64,000 nucleotides of DNA from an uncultured Prevotellaceae bacterium. Its GTDB lineage: Bacteria; Bacteroidota; Bacteroidia; Bacteroidales; Bacteroidaceae. Shown one piece after another: positions 10,406-20,215 of this stretch; within the stretch, counting starts at the first letter, position 1, and the number at the start of each line of letters is the position of its first letter. The DNA is taken from positions 29,071 through 93,070 of the forward strand of contig CAMVKN010000003.1 in NCBI GenBank assembly GCA_947168045.1, in the 5' to 3' direction. The notes beneath the pieces are model-generated. The model ran no database searches. It was not told where the DNA came from and saw only the letters and a program-made list of their open reading frames with translations. The translations under genes were made by a program, and so were the position numbers.

Positions 10406-11587
10406 CTAATCAAGTTTATTGTAATGCGCCCTGGCCGTGCCCTTGCGCGTTATGTTCAGCTTCGACAGAGCAACATAGCGGATGGCATCTATTCCGTGGT
10501 TGAATCTATCCACGGGGTTGTTCGTTTCCTTCCCGTCTCTGTCTCGTTTCCACTTATATGCTTTCAGATTCCCAATGATACCCTTCGACCCTCGTACAAC
10601 GTGGATTCTGTATCGCTTCAGGATGTCCAGCCCCACAATGATGCTATCCGGCCCCTTGGGTGCTCCCACTATCCACAGCCCCTCGTTCTTTATCTCGGCT
10701 ATACTCTTCGGCTCTGCACTATCAGCATACACACAATGGCTGCGTGTGATACCCTTATCCTTCATGGCCTTGGCCAGCATCGGGTTGGTGCATCCAGTCT
10801 CGTATAGCAGCTCCTGCACATACAGGTCGCCATGTGCCAGCGCCACCTCTTCAAGTGCAGAAGGGTCATTGGTAAATCCGAAGTCCAGTCCGTAGGCGGT
10901 CATCTTTCTGTCCTCGACAGGCGGCATTCTATCCACGATGTCCCAGTTCGTCAGCACCAGCCCTGTAATCATACCCGTGAGGCCTCGCGCATACACCTTG
11001 AACAATTCTTCGTCTTCGATGCCCTCGATGCGCTCATGCTCTTCAGCACTCAGAAAGGGGTTGCCCCTGTGATCTGAAATAATGAGCTTCACACCATCAC
11101 GGCCAATCACCTCGTCATGCACCCAAAATCTCTCGCTTGGGTTGTAGTCAAGAAAGATTCGCTTTCTGGTACGGATGGCCAGCTGCCAGTATATGTCAAA
11201 GGGAACACCGTTGCACTCGTTTATGAACAGATAATCGCGCTTACCATTCTTGGCATCCTGGGCATCCTTGTAGCTCTTGAACTCTATAATACTGCCATTT
11301 GCACCAGTAATGAAGTGCCCGCTCTCATTCACCGTAAAGAAGGTGCACATCCATTCAGAGCTATTGCGGATGGTCTTGGCGTCACGCAGCGCACCCACGC
11401 GCAAGTTCGGGAAGTCCTGGCCAGCCACCGTCACCACACACCCCGGCTCGGTCATCGCGTAGTAATAGAGCAGCTGCATCAGGGTGTATGTCTTTCCCGA
11501 GGATGTGCCCCCCTGGTTCACCCTGACACGTTCTGAGCCCGTCAGATTCGCTCGGAACAATGGCCCTATCACCTTAAACGGCATCAT
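10406..11587 (-). CDS. terL: Terminase large subunit
   Basis: Walker A-like VNQGGTSSGKTY at the N-terminus. Size and layout fit PBSX-type large terminases. Preceded by a small basic protein. Confidence 0.85.
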   Translation of the reverse strand: MMPFKVIGPLFRANLTGSERVRVNQGGTSSGKTYTLMQLLYYYAMTEPGCVVTVAGQDFPNLRVGALRDAKTIRNSSEWMCTFFTVNESGHFITGANGSIIEFKSYKDAQDAKNGKRDYLFINECNGVPFDIYWQLAIRTRKRIFLDYNPSERFWVHDEVIGRDGVKLIISDHRGNPFLSAEEHERIEGIEDEELFKVYARGLTGMITGLVLTNWDIVDRMPPVEDRKMTAYGLDFGFTNDPSALEEVALAHGDLYVQELLYETGCTNPMLAKAMKDKGITRSHCVYADSAEPKSIAEIKNEGLWIVGAPKGPDSIIVGLDILKRYRIHVVRGSKGIIGNLKAYKWKRDRDGKETNNPVDRFNHGIDAIRYVALSKLNITRKGTARAHYNKLD

Positions 11588-11994
11588 ATTTCTACGTCGC
11601 TCTCGCTCGTTTTTGGCTCGATTCCGCTCTCTACAAATCCAATCTCCAGCTTCGTGTCGAGCGTGCCAGTCATCTTTGTTTCATCTACAGGCTTTTCTCC
11701 TATAATATCTCGTATGGCATTGTAGGCTTGCACATCACCAGTCTTGGCCCTCTGAATCAGCCCCTGAGTGATAACGGCCATCTGGCTCATGTCCTCACCA
11801 CTCCATCCTGCTTTCACCATCTGGCCACGATAAGCCTCGTTCTGCTCTTCCATCTGAAGGGCAGTCTGCATCAGCTCACGAAGGGCTTTTTTCTTGCGCC
11901 TCGCCTCTCCCGATGCTTCACCAGCTTTCTTCGCAAGTTCTCTTCGTTCACTCTTTGTTCGCTGGTTCAATGGCTTCAGGTTCTGCTCATTCAT
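11584..11994 (-). CDS. Terminase small subunit candidate
   Basis: Basic N-terminus (KSERRELAKKAGEASGEARRKKK). Sits immediately upstream of terL with a 4-nt overlap. Its ATG at 11994 forms an ATGA overlap with the upstream stop. Confidence 0.5.
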   Translation of the reverse strand: MNEQNLKPLNQRTKSERRELAKKAGEASGEARRKKKALRELMQTALQMEEQNEAYRGQMVKAGWSGEDMSQMAVITQGLIQRAKTGDVQAYNAIRDIIGEKPVDETKMTGTLDTKLEIGFVESGIEPKTSESDVEI

Positions 11995-12848
11995 TCTTTC
12001 ACCTCCTCTCGCACAATTCTCGGTGCCGTTGCATTCCAACTGATAGCATGGTGCAGCCTACAGAACTTCGTTGTCATCAGCTTCACGCGCACACCTGCCG
12101 GATGGTACAGAACACTATAGAAGGATTTGAGATACGTGCCACTCTCGAGATACACTTCCGTCATGCCTCCGCTATTGCTCTGCGTTCGCTTCTGATTCAT
12201 ACACAGCATCGGGAAGGATAAGAACAGCAGCCCCCTATACGTCTCGCTGGTGTACGTGTTCACATCCTCATTGATGCGGCCAATGAACTTAAATGGACGA
12301 TTGACAGAACAAATGAAGGTGTTCATCGCCTTTCGCTTCAGGGCAATCTCTTTGCCATACGTTCCTCTGCCTCCACCGATAAAGTCACCACCTTGCGCCA
12401 TTGCCAGCGTTTTGCAGCGGTCACCACATTTCACATAGAAGTCGACCATTATCTCAAAGATGCGGTCGAGATTCTTAATCGTCTTGGCCCTGAACTTCCA
12501 TTCAGCATCGAATCTGAAACTGAAATTCGTGTAGTCATCATCGAGCTCGATAAAGTATTCCACGCCCAGCTTCCGGGCCAGCTCAAAGCAAGCATTACGG
12601 GCAAAGATGATAACTCCGCGCTTGTCTGTGAAGTTATCGCCCAGGTCGAAGGTCTGCTCTATCTCTCTCTTGGAGAATTGCACCACCTCTTCACCAAACT
12701 TTCGCCTGTAGTCTACCTCGGCAGGGTCTTCATCATCAATCACGATGTATATCGGGCCAGTATAGCCGGAGCTGCGCAGGGTCTTATAGGTGTACACCTT
12801 ATCAGGCCTGCCATGCGTCAATATGAATGCTGCAAAATTATACTTCAT
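11991..12848 (-). CDS. GT-A-fold glycosyltransferase-like protein (candidate DNA-modifying enzyme)
   Basis: 285 aa. N-terminal Rossmann-like FILTHGRP, then acidic IVIDDED and ELDDDY (DxD-like) motifs. Family assignment is tentative. Confidence 0.35.
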   Translation of the reverse strand: MKYNFAAFILTHGRPDKVYTYKTLRSSGYTGPIYIVIDDEDPAEVDYRRKFGEEVVQFSKREIEQTFDLGDNFTDKRGVIIFARNACFELARKLGVEYFIELDDDYTNFSFRFDAEWKFRAKTIKNLDRIFEIMVDFYVKCGDRCKTLAMAQGGDFIGGGRGTYGKEIALKRKAMNTFICSVNRPFKFIGRINEDVNTYTSETYRGLLFLSFPMLCMNQKRTQSNSGGMTEVYLESGTYLKSFYSVLYHPAGVRVKLMTTKFCRLHHAISWNATAPRIVREEVKE

Positions 12849-13629
12849 CTTCGTACTCGCTTAGATATTCGTTCATGATGTCCTCAGCCAGCACCACGAA
12901 GCCATTCTCGATGGCCTGCTTGAAGTCCACAATCACCATCGCTGCCCTCTCCATCAGGGCACGCACAACAGGATCGGTGCATTGGCTGTAATACTCAGCC
13001 ACCCGGCCAAAGTCAAACCTGCGGAATCGCTGGGCTGCCTTCATCAGCATGTCGCGCACATCATCGGGAATGTCAGCCACGGCAATATGGGCCTCGATGT
13101 CCTGCACCTCCGTATCATCGTACAGCGTCCGCACATCGTCAATCTTCAGGCCAGTGGGAGTGTAGACAGGGCTTTCAATCTTGCGGCTGTAGTCTGCCAC
13201 TTTCTTCGCCATCACATCAAACGGCATATCCCATCCGACCAGCTCTTTCAGGTTCCACGCCTCTTTGATAATCTCATCATCATTCTGCGCGTACTGCATA
13301 TTCTCCTTGATGACATACTCTCTCAGCTTGTTCTTCGGTGTGTCCTCTCCCAGCACTTTGCACAGGCTCTTCGTCCATTTCAACTCGCGGCGGGCCTTCA
13401 GTCGATGGTTGCCACTAATAACAACATACTTGCCATTGAAAGGGAAAACAATCATTTCATTGAGCTTTTCCATTTCAGGGCTTTGCTTGTGGCTCTCGAT
13501 AAGAGCCTTGTATCGCTCTTTGGTAATCTTACGCGGATTCTTCGGAACATCGGGAATCTGCCCCCTGTTCTCTTCCAGCATCACCAATGGCAATTCCTTG
13601 AGCTCGACGCTCAAATTAAAACCTTCCAT
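12838..13629 (-). CDS. ParB-like nuclease domain protein
   Basis: VVISGNHRLKARREL matches the ParB N-terminal (G/D)xHR motif. Confidence 0.6.
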   Translation of the reverse strand: MEGFNLSVELKELPLVMLEENRGQIPDVPKNPRKITKERYKALIESHKQSPEMEKLNEMIVFPFNGKYVVISGNHRLKARRELKWTKSLCKVLGEDTPKNKLREYVIKENMQYAQNDDEIIKEAWNLKELVGWDMPFDVMAKKVADYSRKIESPVYTPTGLKIDDVRTLYDDTEVQDIEAHIAVADIPDDVRDMLMKAAQRFRRFDFGRVAEYYSQCTDPVVRALMERAAMVIVDFKQAIENGFVVLAEDIMNEYLSEYEDEV

Positions 13630-13718
13630 AATTAACCAGTCAATAAAATGTTTATAAACTTAAAGAATATTCGGCTACAAAGGTACTGATTTTCTTTAAT
13701 AAAACAAAAGATTTTCTT

Positions 13719-13765
13719 GAAAAACACAAAAAGAGCCGGGCAGTATCATCACGACACCACCCGGC
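13719..13765 (-). terminator. Rho-independent terminator candidate after methylase-helicase gene
   Basis: Stem GCCGGG/CCCGGC. On the minus strand it is followed by TCTTTTTGTGTTTTT. Confidence 0.5.
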
Positions 13766-13801
13766 ATGAAAGCAACAAAGCAGCCAAGAAAAGCTGTATC
13801 G

Positions 13802-16330
13802 CTATACCGCCTCACTCATAAAATCAAACAATGTCGGCGCGGTCATCTTTTCTTCAGCTTCTCGCAGATAGGATAGTCCATCGCGCCAATAGTCGTAATT
13901 AAGCTCAGTGGCCAATCCCTTGCGCCCCAGCTTCACGGCGCAATATGGAACGGTGCCGATTCCCCCAAAGGGATCGAAAACCACATCCCCCTTATTGCTA
14001 TACCTCTCAACCAGTCTTTCGACAATATCAAGCTGCAATGGGCATATGTGGTTCTGGCGGTTCTTCTGAGATTGTCTGCTATTCAATGTGCGCATCCTTA
14101 CCACGTCATCCCAAATATGCTCTTTATGGCTCACAGGGTCAACGGCCATAAATGTTTTTGGCAGCTTCCCCCTCGCTTCCAGTTCTTCAGCGAAGCGCAC
14201 ATGCCTCTCGTAGTTATAGACATGTTCCTCACCATATTTGCGGAAATAATGCCTAATAGCATCTATATCCAGCCCCCGTACATCGTCATAGGTAAGCAAA
14301 CGGTCGCCTGAGCTTTTCCAGTCAGCATGTGCATCAATCTGCCAACGTGCAAGACTATATTCGCTCTTGTCTTTTGTCACAGGTTCGTCTGCATAGGCCC
14401 TGCTTGTATCAGTTGGCAGCTTGCGGAACAATAGAACGTATTCGGGGCATCCTACACCCATCTTTGAGCCATCCTTGCACATTTCGGTATAGCCGAGGCG
14501 GTAGGTCTGATTATTCTCTCTCACCACATCTGTATCGACCGTAATCATACCAAACAGCACAAAGCCGTGCTTCTGATAGTGGAAGATACACATTGCATGG
14601 AAGGGGTCGAGCGATGGCATCCCTAATCCTGTGGCGTTCCCGAAAAGGATTCTGTCCTTGCAATGCACAGCCAGCACTCGGCCTGGCTGCAAAATGCGCA
14701 ACAGCTGCGGTGTCAGGTAGTCCATCTGCTTAAAGAACTCATCATTATCTGCGTTGAAACCGAAGTCATTATAGCTGGCTGTATATTCATAGTGATTGGA
14801 GAACGGCACAGAGGTTACAATCAGCCCAACAGAGTTGTCGGGCATCTGCTCACATTCCAACACATTGTCATTATTAACAGAGCGCCACAACTTGCCACTT
14901 TGTTCCTCGCGCTGACTGAACATATAACGCATGAGCTTACTCTCTACATCGAGACCAAAAAGCCCGTTATCGCGTACAATAGTAGCCATCTTCTCAACCA
15001 TTTCGTTATGCTGCTTCCACTTCTGCATAAAGCTCTTGTATATCTCCTGCTCACTCTCCGCATAGACCAAATACAAATCAACAGGATATTTCTGCATGAA
15101 ACGGTGGATGCGGGCTATAGCCTGGAACTTGTCGTTGAATCGGTAGTCAATGAACATTATCGCCTTATGGCAGTGGTACTGGAAGTTCAAGCCCTCGCCC
15201 AGCATTTCCGGCTTGGCAGCAAGATATTTCAGACTGCCGTCCTTAAAGTCACTTATGATGCGATCTGCTTCAGCATCATCTTGTGACCCATAGACAGCTT
15301 TGCAACCTTTGATGGCCTTGCATAGTGCAACACGCTCAGCTTCGAGGTCATGCCATATAAGAAAATGGTCATCCTTATTCTCTGGGCGGTTGATAATCTC
15401 TACCACACGGGCCACTTTCCTGTCCATGTTATCCCTTCGCTCTTTCGCGGCTTGCTGCAATCCTACAGCTGCATCCCTAAACATCATAGTTTGGCCATCT
15501 TGCTCAACGCCAGCCGTTGCATTATCGACCTCGACCACCTCTTCATGGGTACGCAATGGCGGCAATTCATAACCATCGTCAGGATAGCCAAGGTCGCTTG
15601 GCTTCGTCAGGAATAACGCCCACGTCGAGACCCACAGCCAAAACTCGCGCTCCTTACCTGGATATATTGTCAGGTTGTTTGCTTTGGTGCTGTCACGTTG
15701 AAAAAAGCGTGTCAGGGCTTGCCCGGTGTCCATTACGCCGAGATAGCCAGCGTAATGAATCAGTTCTTTATATCTGTTTGGTGAAGGGGTTGCCGTGGCA
15801 ACAAATCGATATGGTACCTTAGAGAACAGGGGCAAAAACTCCTGATATGTCTTAGTTCCAAAACCTCTCAATACACTCGCTTCATCAAGTGAGGTCACAC
15901 AAAAATAGTTGGGGTCAATGCGCACACCATCTTCGCCATCCCTCACACGCTCATAGTTGGTCACCATGATATCTGTTTCACATTCCAGCACCTCTTGCAT
16001 CGTGCGAACGTATGTGATATTCATGTTCAGGTGCTGCTTCGCTTGGTGCAAAAACTCGACCACAACTCTCTTCGGGCAGACTATTAAGCCCTTGCCATTC
16101 TCTCTCTTGGTGATTATCCGGCATATCTCCAACTGCGTCACCGTCTTCTGCATACCAAACGAGCTGAAGATGGCACGGCAGCCCCCCCTCACGGCCCATT
16201 TCACGGTGTCCTTAACGTGTGGGAAAAGCGTCGGTGTCAGCATCTCGTCTGTCACCTCAAATCCCGTCTGGCTACTAATAGCCATCTTTGACTTTAGAAA
16301 TTTTATGTATTCCATCGTTCTCATTGACAA
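13802..16330 (-). CDS. SF2 helicase fused to beta-class DNA methyltransferase
   Basis: Helicase motifs FGMQKT, LDEAS and QAIARIHRFMQ in the N-terminal 450 aa. MTase motif IV-like TSVPFSNHY comes before motif I DPFGGIGTV in the C-terminal half. Confidence 0.75.
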   Translation of the reverse strand: MSMRTMEYIKFLKSKMAISSQTGFEVTDEMLTPTLFPHVKDTVKWAVRGGCRAIFSSFGMQKTVTQLEICRIITKRENGKGLIVCPKRVVVEFLHQAKQHLNMNITYVRTMQEVLECETDIMVTNYERVRDGEDGVRIDPNYFCVTSLDEASVLRGFGTKTYQEFLPLFSKVPYRFVATATPSPNRYKELIHYAGYLGVMDTGQALTRFFQRDSTKANNLTIYPGKEREFWLWVSTWALFLTKPSDLGYPDDGYELPPLRTHEEVVEVDNATAGVEQDGQTMMFRDAAVGLQQAAKERRDNMDRKVARVVEIINRPENKDDHFLIWHDLEAERVALCKAIKGCKAVYGSQDDAEADRIISDFKDGSLKYLAAKPEMLGEGLNFQYHCHKAIMFIDYRFNDKFQAIARIHRFMQKYPVDLYLVYAESEQEIYKSFMQKWKQHNEMVEKMATIVRDNGLFGLDVESKLMRYMFSQREEQSGKLWRSVNNDNVLECEQMPDNSVGLIVTSVPFSNHYEYTASYNDFGFNADNDEFFKQMDYLTPQLLRILQPGRVLAVHCKDRILFGNATGLGMPSLDPFHAMCIFHYQKHGFVLFGMITVDTDVVRENNQTYRLGYTEMCKDGSKMGVGCPEYVLLFRKLPTDTSRAYADEPVTKDKSEYSLARWQIDAHADWKSSGDRLLTYDDVRGLDIDAIRHYFRKYGEEHVYNYERHVRFAEELEARGKLPKTFMAVDPVSHKEHIWDDVVRMRTLNSRQSQKNRQNHICPLQLDIVERLVERYSNKGDVVFDPFGGIGTVPYCAVKLGRKGLATELNYDYWRDGLSYLREAEEKMTAPTLFDFMSEAV

Positions 16331-16782
16331 TATCTGAAATTAGTAAAGTGAATTATCGCCATCGGCTTCGTTAGATCGTAGCCCTTAAACCATTCAAACC
16401 AATCGTCGAAGTCCAGTCCATCGTTGTTAGCGATATGCAAGGGAACTTGCGAAAAGTTGAATTTGTCTGTAGCTATCATCGGGCAATATATATTAGCTCG
16501 GTCAAACCAAAGTTTCTCGATGCCGATTCCATCCTCACGTGTGAGCCGGATAATCTCGCGCTGGGTAGAGCCTTCGGCATACGGCTTGCCTACCCATTCA
16601 CGGACAGACAGACACGCCCTGCCTTGCTCAATCTTCTCGAAGCGCTTTCTCCAAAAGTTATAGTTTGCCCGGATAGTGTGCAGTTTACTCTTTCTCAGGT
16701 TATCCCTGAAGCCTGTAGGCTTGCCTGCCCTTTTATGCGTAGAAGGGAATACCTGTGACAATGTTATTATATACGTTTTCAT
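16321..16782 (-). CDS. Phage hypothetical protein
   Basis: 153-aa ORF overlapping the methylase gene start by 10 nt. Confidence 0.35.
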   Translation of the reverse strand: MKTYIITLSQVFPSTHKRAGKPTGFRDNLRKSKLHTIRANYNFWRKRFEKIEQGRACLSVREWVGKPYAEGSTQREIIRLTREDGIGIEKLWFDRANIYCPMIATDKFNFSQVPLHIANNDGLDFDDWFEWFKGYDLTKPMAIIHFTNFRYCQ

Positions 16783-16816
16783 GATTCGTTATAGTTATTT
16801 TGTCCGAAAAACGCCG

Positions 16817-18229
16817 TTAAGCCACTTTCTTTAGTCGATACATATTCTCTTCCATCAACCGCACGATTTCGTCGTGTTGGGCCGTAGGATGATTCTGTAG
16901 TCCCATCGACTGAATAATCTTCCAAGTCTTTACATTGACCTCTATCGTTTCCAGTCGGTTGCCATCCTTATCCTTGGCACTCAGAATCAGGCTGTCGGGA
17001 TGCCGCTTATGGCTATAGTATTCATTGGCATATACGCAGTGGTGCATCATCGTGCCCTCTTCTGCCATTTCCTTAACACTACCAATGACTGTTATCACGA
17101 TGTCCTTATTCCCGAAGCAGATGCCAAAGAACATCCCGCGATGCTTCTTGTATTGCTTCTCGTGCCTCTCAGCCTCGGCCACCCTCTTTGCCAGCTTCTC
17201 AGCCTCCACGATGCGCTCTTTCTTGTGGAACAGCCTATCGTGCTCTTTCGTCAGATCTGCCGGACATACATAGTGGGCGTTGTGCGTATCCTTATGGAAA
17301 TATTCAAGCAAATCGAGATAGTCAATCCACACAGAGGCATCGGCTATATAGTAGCCATTGCGGTTGCATATTCTCAAAGCGTGCAGCCATCGTGTCCTGT
17401 CCTTATGTGGCCCACCCTCGTTCATCCAGTAGGCCAGCAGATTGTCCTGGCCAGTCTTGACCAGCTCTTCGGCAAACGGGTCGGTGAGCATCTTTTTCAT
17501 CACCTCGGCAAGATTCACCACCCTGCCCAGCTTCAACAATCGGCCACTCCATCCGTTCCTCTTCAGCAAGGGCGACACCCTCGACACAGGATAGAACTTG
17601 TTGCCACACACATCGTACACGTCAGACATCTGGAAATAGCCGGAGCAATGGGCGTTGTGCTTTCTCACACCCCACTCTCCGAACTGGCGCCATCGGAAAT
17701 AATATGCGCTCCTGGTGTAAGGCATAGACAGAATCGTCTCGCGCCCTTCATCATCTATCCAGTTCTGATAGACTTCGTGGATACGCCACTTCGTGCTGCT
17801 CCCTTCAGGATTCCACCTGACAACGCTGAATGTCCTAATCACCGTGTGGCCCTTGAACGTGGTCACAAAGGACACCAGCGTTTCGTCCTCATAGCCACCA
17901 TATCGCTTGTTCGTGCTTTCCTTCCAAAATCGCAGTGGCAGATGCTCACCACAATTCGGACAGGTGTGTGTGCCCACCTCCAAGCTGACAGCCAAAAGAG
18001 GCTGCGGTGCATGATCGTAATGGCCACAGCATAAACAGCGCACCGTGCCCTCTTTCCAGTAGTAGGCATATTTCTCAAATGCGTTGTCACGAATCCATTG
18101 CTCTTGTGTCTTACTCAGTCCTGGCAGCTTCTCGCGCATGGCAAGGTACATCCGTTCTCTCTTCGTCCGTCCCTTCAGGGGCTTCACCTCCTTAACGTTG
18201 GTGCATTCTTGATATCTATTCATACACAT
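16817..18229 (-). CDS. PcfJ-like protein
   Basis: C-terminal MMHHCVYANEYY ... LETIEV segment resembles PcfJ domain proteins. Paired with a PcfK-like gene upstream. Start is uncertain (18229 or 18253). Confidence 0.55.
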   Translation of the reverse strand: MCMNRYQECTNVKEVKPLKGRTKRERMYLAMREKLPGLSKTQEQWIRDNAFEKYAYYWKEGTVRCLCCGHYDHAPQPLLAVSLEVGTHTCPNCGEHLPLRFWKESTNKRYGGYEDETLVSFVTTFKGHTVIRTFSVVRWNPEGSSTKWRIHEVYQNWIDDEGRETILSMPYTRSAYYFRWRQFGEWGVRKHNAHCSGYFQMSDVYDVCGNKFYPVSRVSPLLKRNGWSGRLLKLGRVVNLAEVMKKMLTDPFAEELVKTGQDNLLAYWMNEGGPHKDRTRWLHALRICNRNGYYIADASVWIDYLDLLEYFHKDTHNAHYVCPADLTKEHDRLFHKKERIVEAEKLAKRVAEAERHEKQYKKHRGMFFGICFGNKDIVITVIGSVKEMAEEGTMMHHCVYANEYYSHKRHPDSLILSAKDKDGNRLETIEVNVKTWKIIQSMGLQNHPTAQHDEIVRLMEENMYRLKKVA

Positions 18230-18230
18230 A

Positions 18231-18719
18231 TTACCACCCTCCGAATAAATCACCTTGCATCGCCAGTTCTTTCTCTCTCTTCTCTTCGAGCTTTCTGCGC
18301 CGCTCTTCTGCGGCCTTCTGCTCCTTCGCCTTACGCTCAGCCTCGGCCTTGGCGGCAGCCTTTATCAGGTCGGCCTTGTATTCCTCTTTGGCCTTTTCCA
18401 TTGCCTCGGCCTTTTCCTCGGCGGTCAAGTCCACATGGCCACTCACCACAATCTTGCTGGGATTCTGGTTGCCTGGGTCTTTCACGTCATCCTCATCGAA
18501 GAAATGGCGCACCATGCCATACACCTCGGCATCATCCCATCCGGCCTGCCCTGTGCTCTTGGCCACACTCAGGACATAGTTGCATGCCCCCTCGATAGTC
18601 TTCTGTGGCTTGCTCTCTACCAGCTTGGCAAACTCAGGGTCTGCCTGCTTCTCGTTCTCTACCCACGCAGTTACGCGCTCGACAAAATACTTCGTCACCT
18701 TGTCAGTCTTTGTTGCCAT
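18231..18719 (-). CDS. PcfK-like protein
   Basis: 162 aa with a Lys/Glu/Ala-rich C-terminus. Sits immediately upstream of the PcfJ-like gene, as in Bacteroidales elements. Confidence 0.5.
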   Translation of the reverse strand: MATKTDKVTKYFVERVTAWVENEKQADPEFAKLVESKPQKTIEGACNYVLSVAKSTGQAGWDDAEVYGMVRHFFDEDDVKDPGNQNPSKIVVSGHVDLTAEEKAEAMEKAKEEYKADLIKAAAKAEAERKAKEQKAAEERRRKLEEKREKELAMQGDLFGGW

Positions 18720-18737
18720 AATAATTCAGTATTTAAG

Positions 18738-18953
18738 TTACGTTTTTGGAAATTCAAACCATCCTTTGCGGATGTCGATATAGCCTCGCCTGGCTGTCTC
18801 TCTCAATAGCTCAATCTCTTCGTCATCGTCCAGCTCCACAGGACACTCGTAGTTGACCGTGAACTTAAACGGCATCCTGAATCGCTTCTGTATCTGCCTT
18901 ATCGTGAGAATGTCCCTGTACCGAAAGGCAACTATCGCCCTAAACTTTCCCAT
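18738..18953 (-). CDS. Phage hypothetical protein
   Basis: 71-aa ORF in the operon. Confidence 0.3.
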   Translation of the reverse strand: MGKFRAIVAFRYRDILTIRQIQKRFRMPFKFTVNYECPVELDDDEEIELLRETARRGYIDIRKGWFEFPKT

Positions 18954-19563
18954 CCTTCTGCCCCCTTTCCTTCATTCGTTCATAGGCTTCTTGGATGGCC
19001 TGCAGCCTTGCCAGTGTCTCAGGGCTGTTGTCATCCTTGTGTGCCTCATAGTGCTCTATGATGCTGCTGCGCTCCTTGACGAAGGTACGCAGGGCACTCA
19101 GTATGCGGACGGCATCCACACATCCGTAGCACTCCCCATAACGGCCCATCTTCAGCCAGTACATGAAGAGCATCACTTCGGACAGCTTCAGCCAGTAATA
19201 TTCGTTCATCAGCACCCCAGCCACGAATGCACGCTGCCTGTCATCGAGCTTGCGCTGCACATTCGTCAGCTCGGAAAAGTCATTGATCTGTATCTCCAGC
19301 CACATCTTGGCAGTCTCTTCGCTATAGTCTCTACGCACCACGGCCAGCGTCGGGCAGTCCATCAGCACACACCGCTCACTATTGCCACACCACTCCAGCT
19401 GTCTGTCTGGGTTGTACTCGTTCAGGAGTTGTATCTTCGCTTCACGGCTCTTGCGCACAATCGGCATCGAGGCGGGCGAGGATGCTCTGCTCAAATGCAG
19501 CTCGTCGCGCTTCTGTATCAGAAGGTTGTCTATTCGTTGTGTCATTCTTTTTGTCCTTTCCAT
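18940..19563 (-). CDS. Phage hypothetical protein
   Basis: 207-aa ORF. The true start is probably internal, because the ORF overlaps the upstream gene. Confidence 0.35.
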   Translation of the reverse strand: MERTKRMTQRIDNLLIQKRDELHLSRASSPASMPIVRKSREAKIQLLNEYNPDRQLEWCGNSERCVLMDCPTLAVVRRDYSEETAKMWLEIQINDFSELTNVQRKLDDRQRAFVAGVLMNEYYWLKLSEVMLFMYWLKMGRYGECYGCVDAVRILSALRTFVKERSSIIEHYEAHKDDNSPETLARLQAIQEAYERMKERGQKDGKV

Positions 19564-20215
19564 TCGTTAGCCAGCGGTTGACCATACTATCGAGGTTGTG
19601 AATCCTTACCCCAGTATTAGTGCGCCACCCCTGAGCGTTGTAGTAGTCATAGAATCTCTTGGCCTCTTCATCAGTCCTGCCAGCCCTGCGGAACAGCACC
19701 AGCACCTCGTCCAGTGTCGGCGGCGCTGGCTCACTCTTCCCTCTCTTCGGCTGCGCCATCTGCCTCTCGCTGAACACAGACAGCTGCCCATCAGGCTCGA
19801 CAGCCCTCTTCCGGCCCTTGGCCTTGGGCACCTCCGGCGGTTGCTCGACCACCATCTGCACCATCCCCTCCGGCTCCGTCGGCTCCGGCTCGACAGGCTC
19901 AAAGGGTAATGGCACCTCTTCAGGAACACACCGAGGCACACCACCGCTGAACAGATAGGCTGGCTGCCTCCGTGCGTTCCCCTCTTCAAAGATTATCAGG
20001 CCATTGTCGATGAGCCGTTTGCGGGCCGCTCTGAGCGTTTTTATATTAACGTCCAGTAAACTAACCAGCTCTGCATTTTGAATCACGCAGCGGGCCGGAA
20101 AACCAGCCCTGCGCCAAAGATGGAGCAAGGCCAGCCCAAGCGCAATCTGCGTGCTGTCCAGCTTCAGAGCCACAGCCCGCATCCAAAACTCCTCGATATG
20201 GTCTTCGTAGTTCAT
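19442..20215 (-). CDS. Replication organiser-like winged-helix protein
   Basis: N-terminal wHTH-like region (LVSLLDVNIKTLRAARKRLIDNGLI). C-terminal FYDYYNAQGWRTNTG region is typical of DnaD-like phage replication proteins. ATGA overlap with the VRR-NUC stop. Confidence 0.45.
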   Translation of the reverse strand: MNYEDHIEEFWMRAVALKLDSTQIALGLALLHLWRRAGFPARCVIQNAELVSLLDVNIKTLRAARKRLIDNGLIIFEEGNARRQPAYLFSGGVPRCVPEEVPLPFEPVEPEPTEPEGMVQMVVEQPPEVPKAKGRKRAVEPDGQLSVFSERQMAQPKRGKSEPAPPTLDEVLVLFRRAGRTDEEAKRFYDYYNAQGWRTNTGVRIHNLDSMVNRWLTNGKDKKNDTTNRQPSDTEARRAAFEQSILARLDADCAQEP

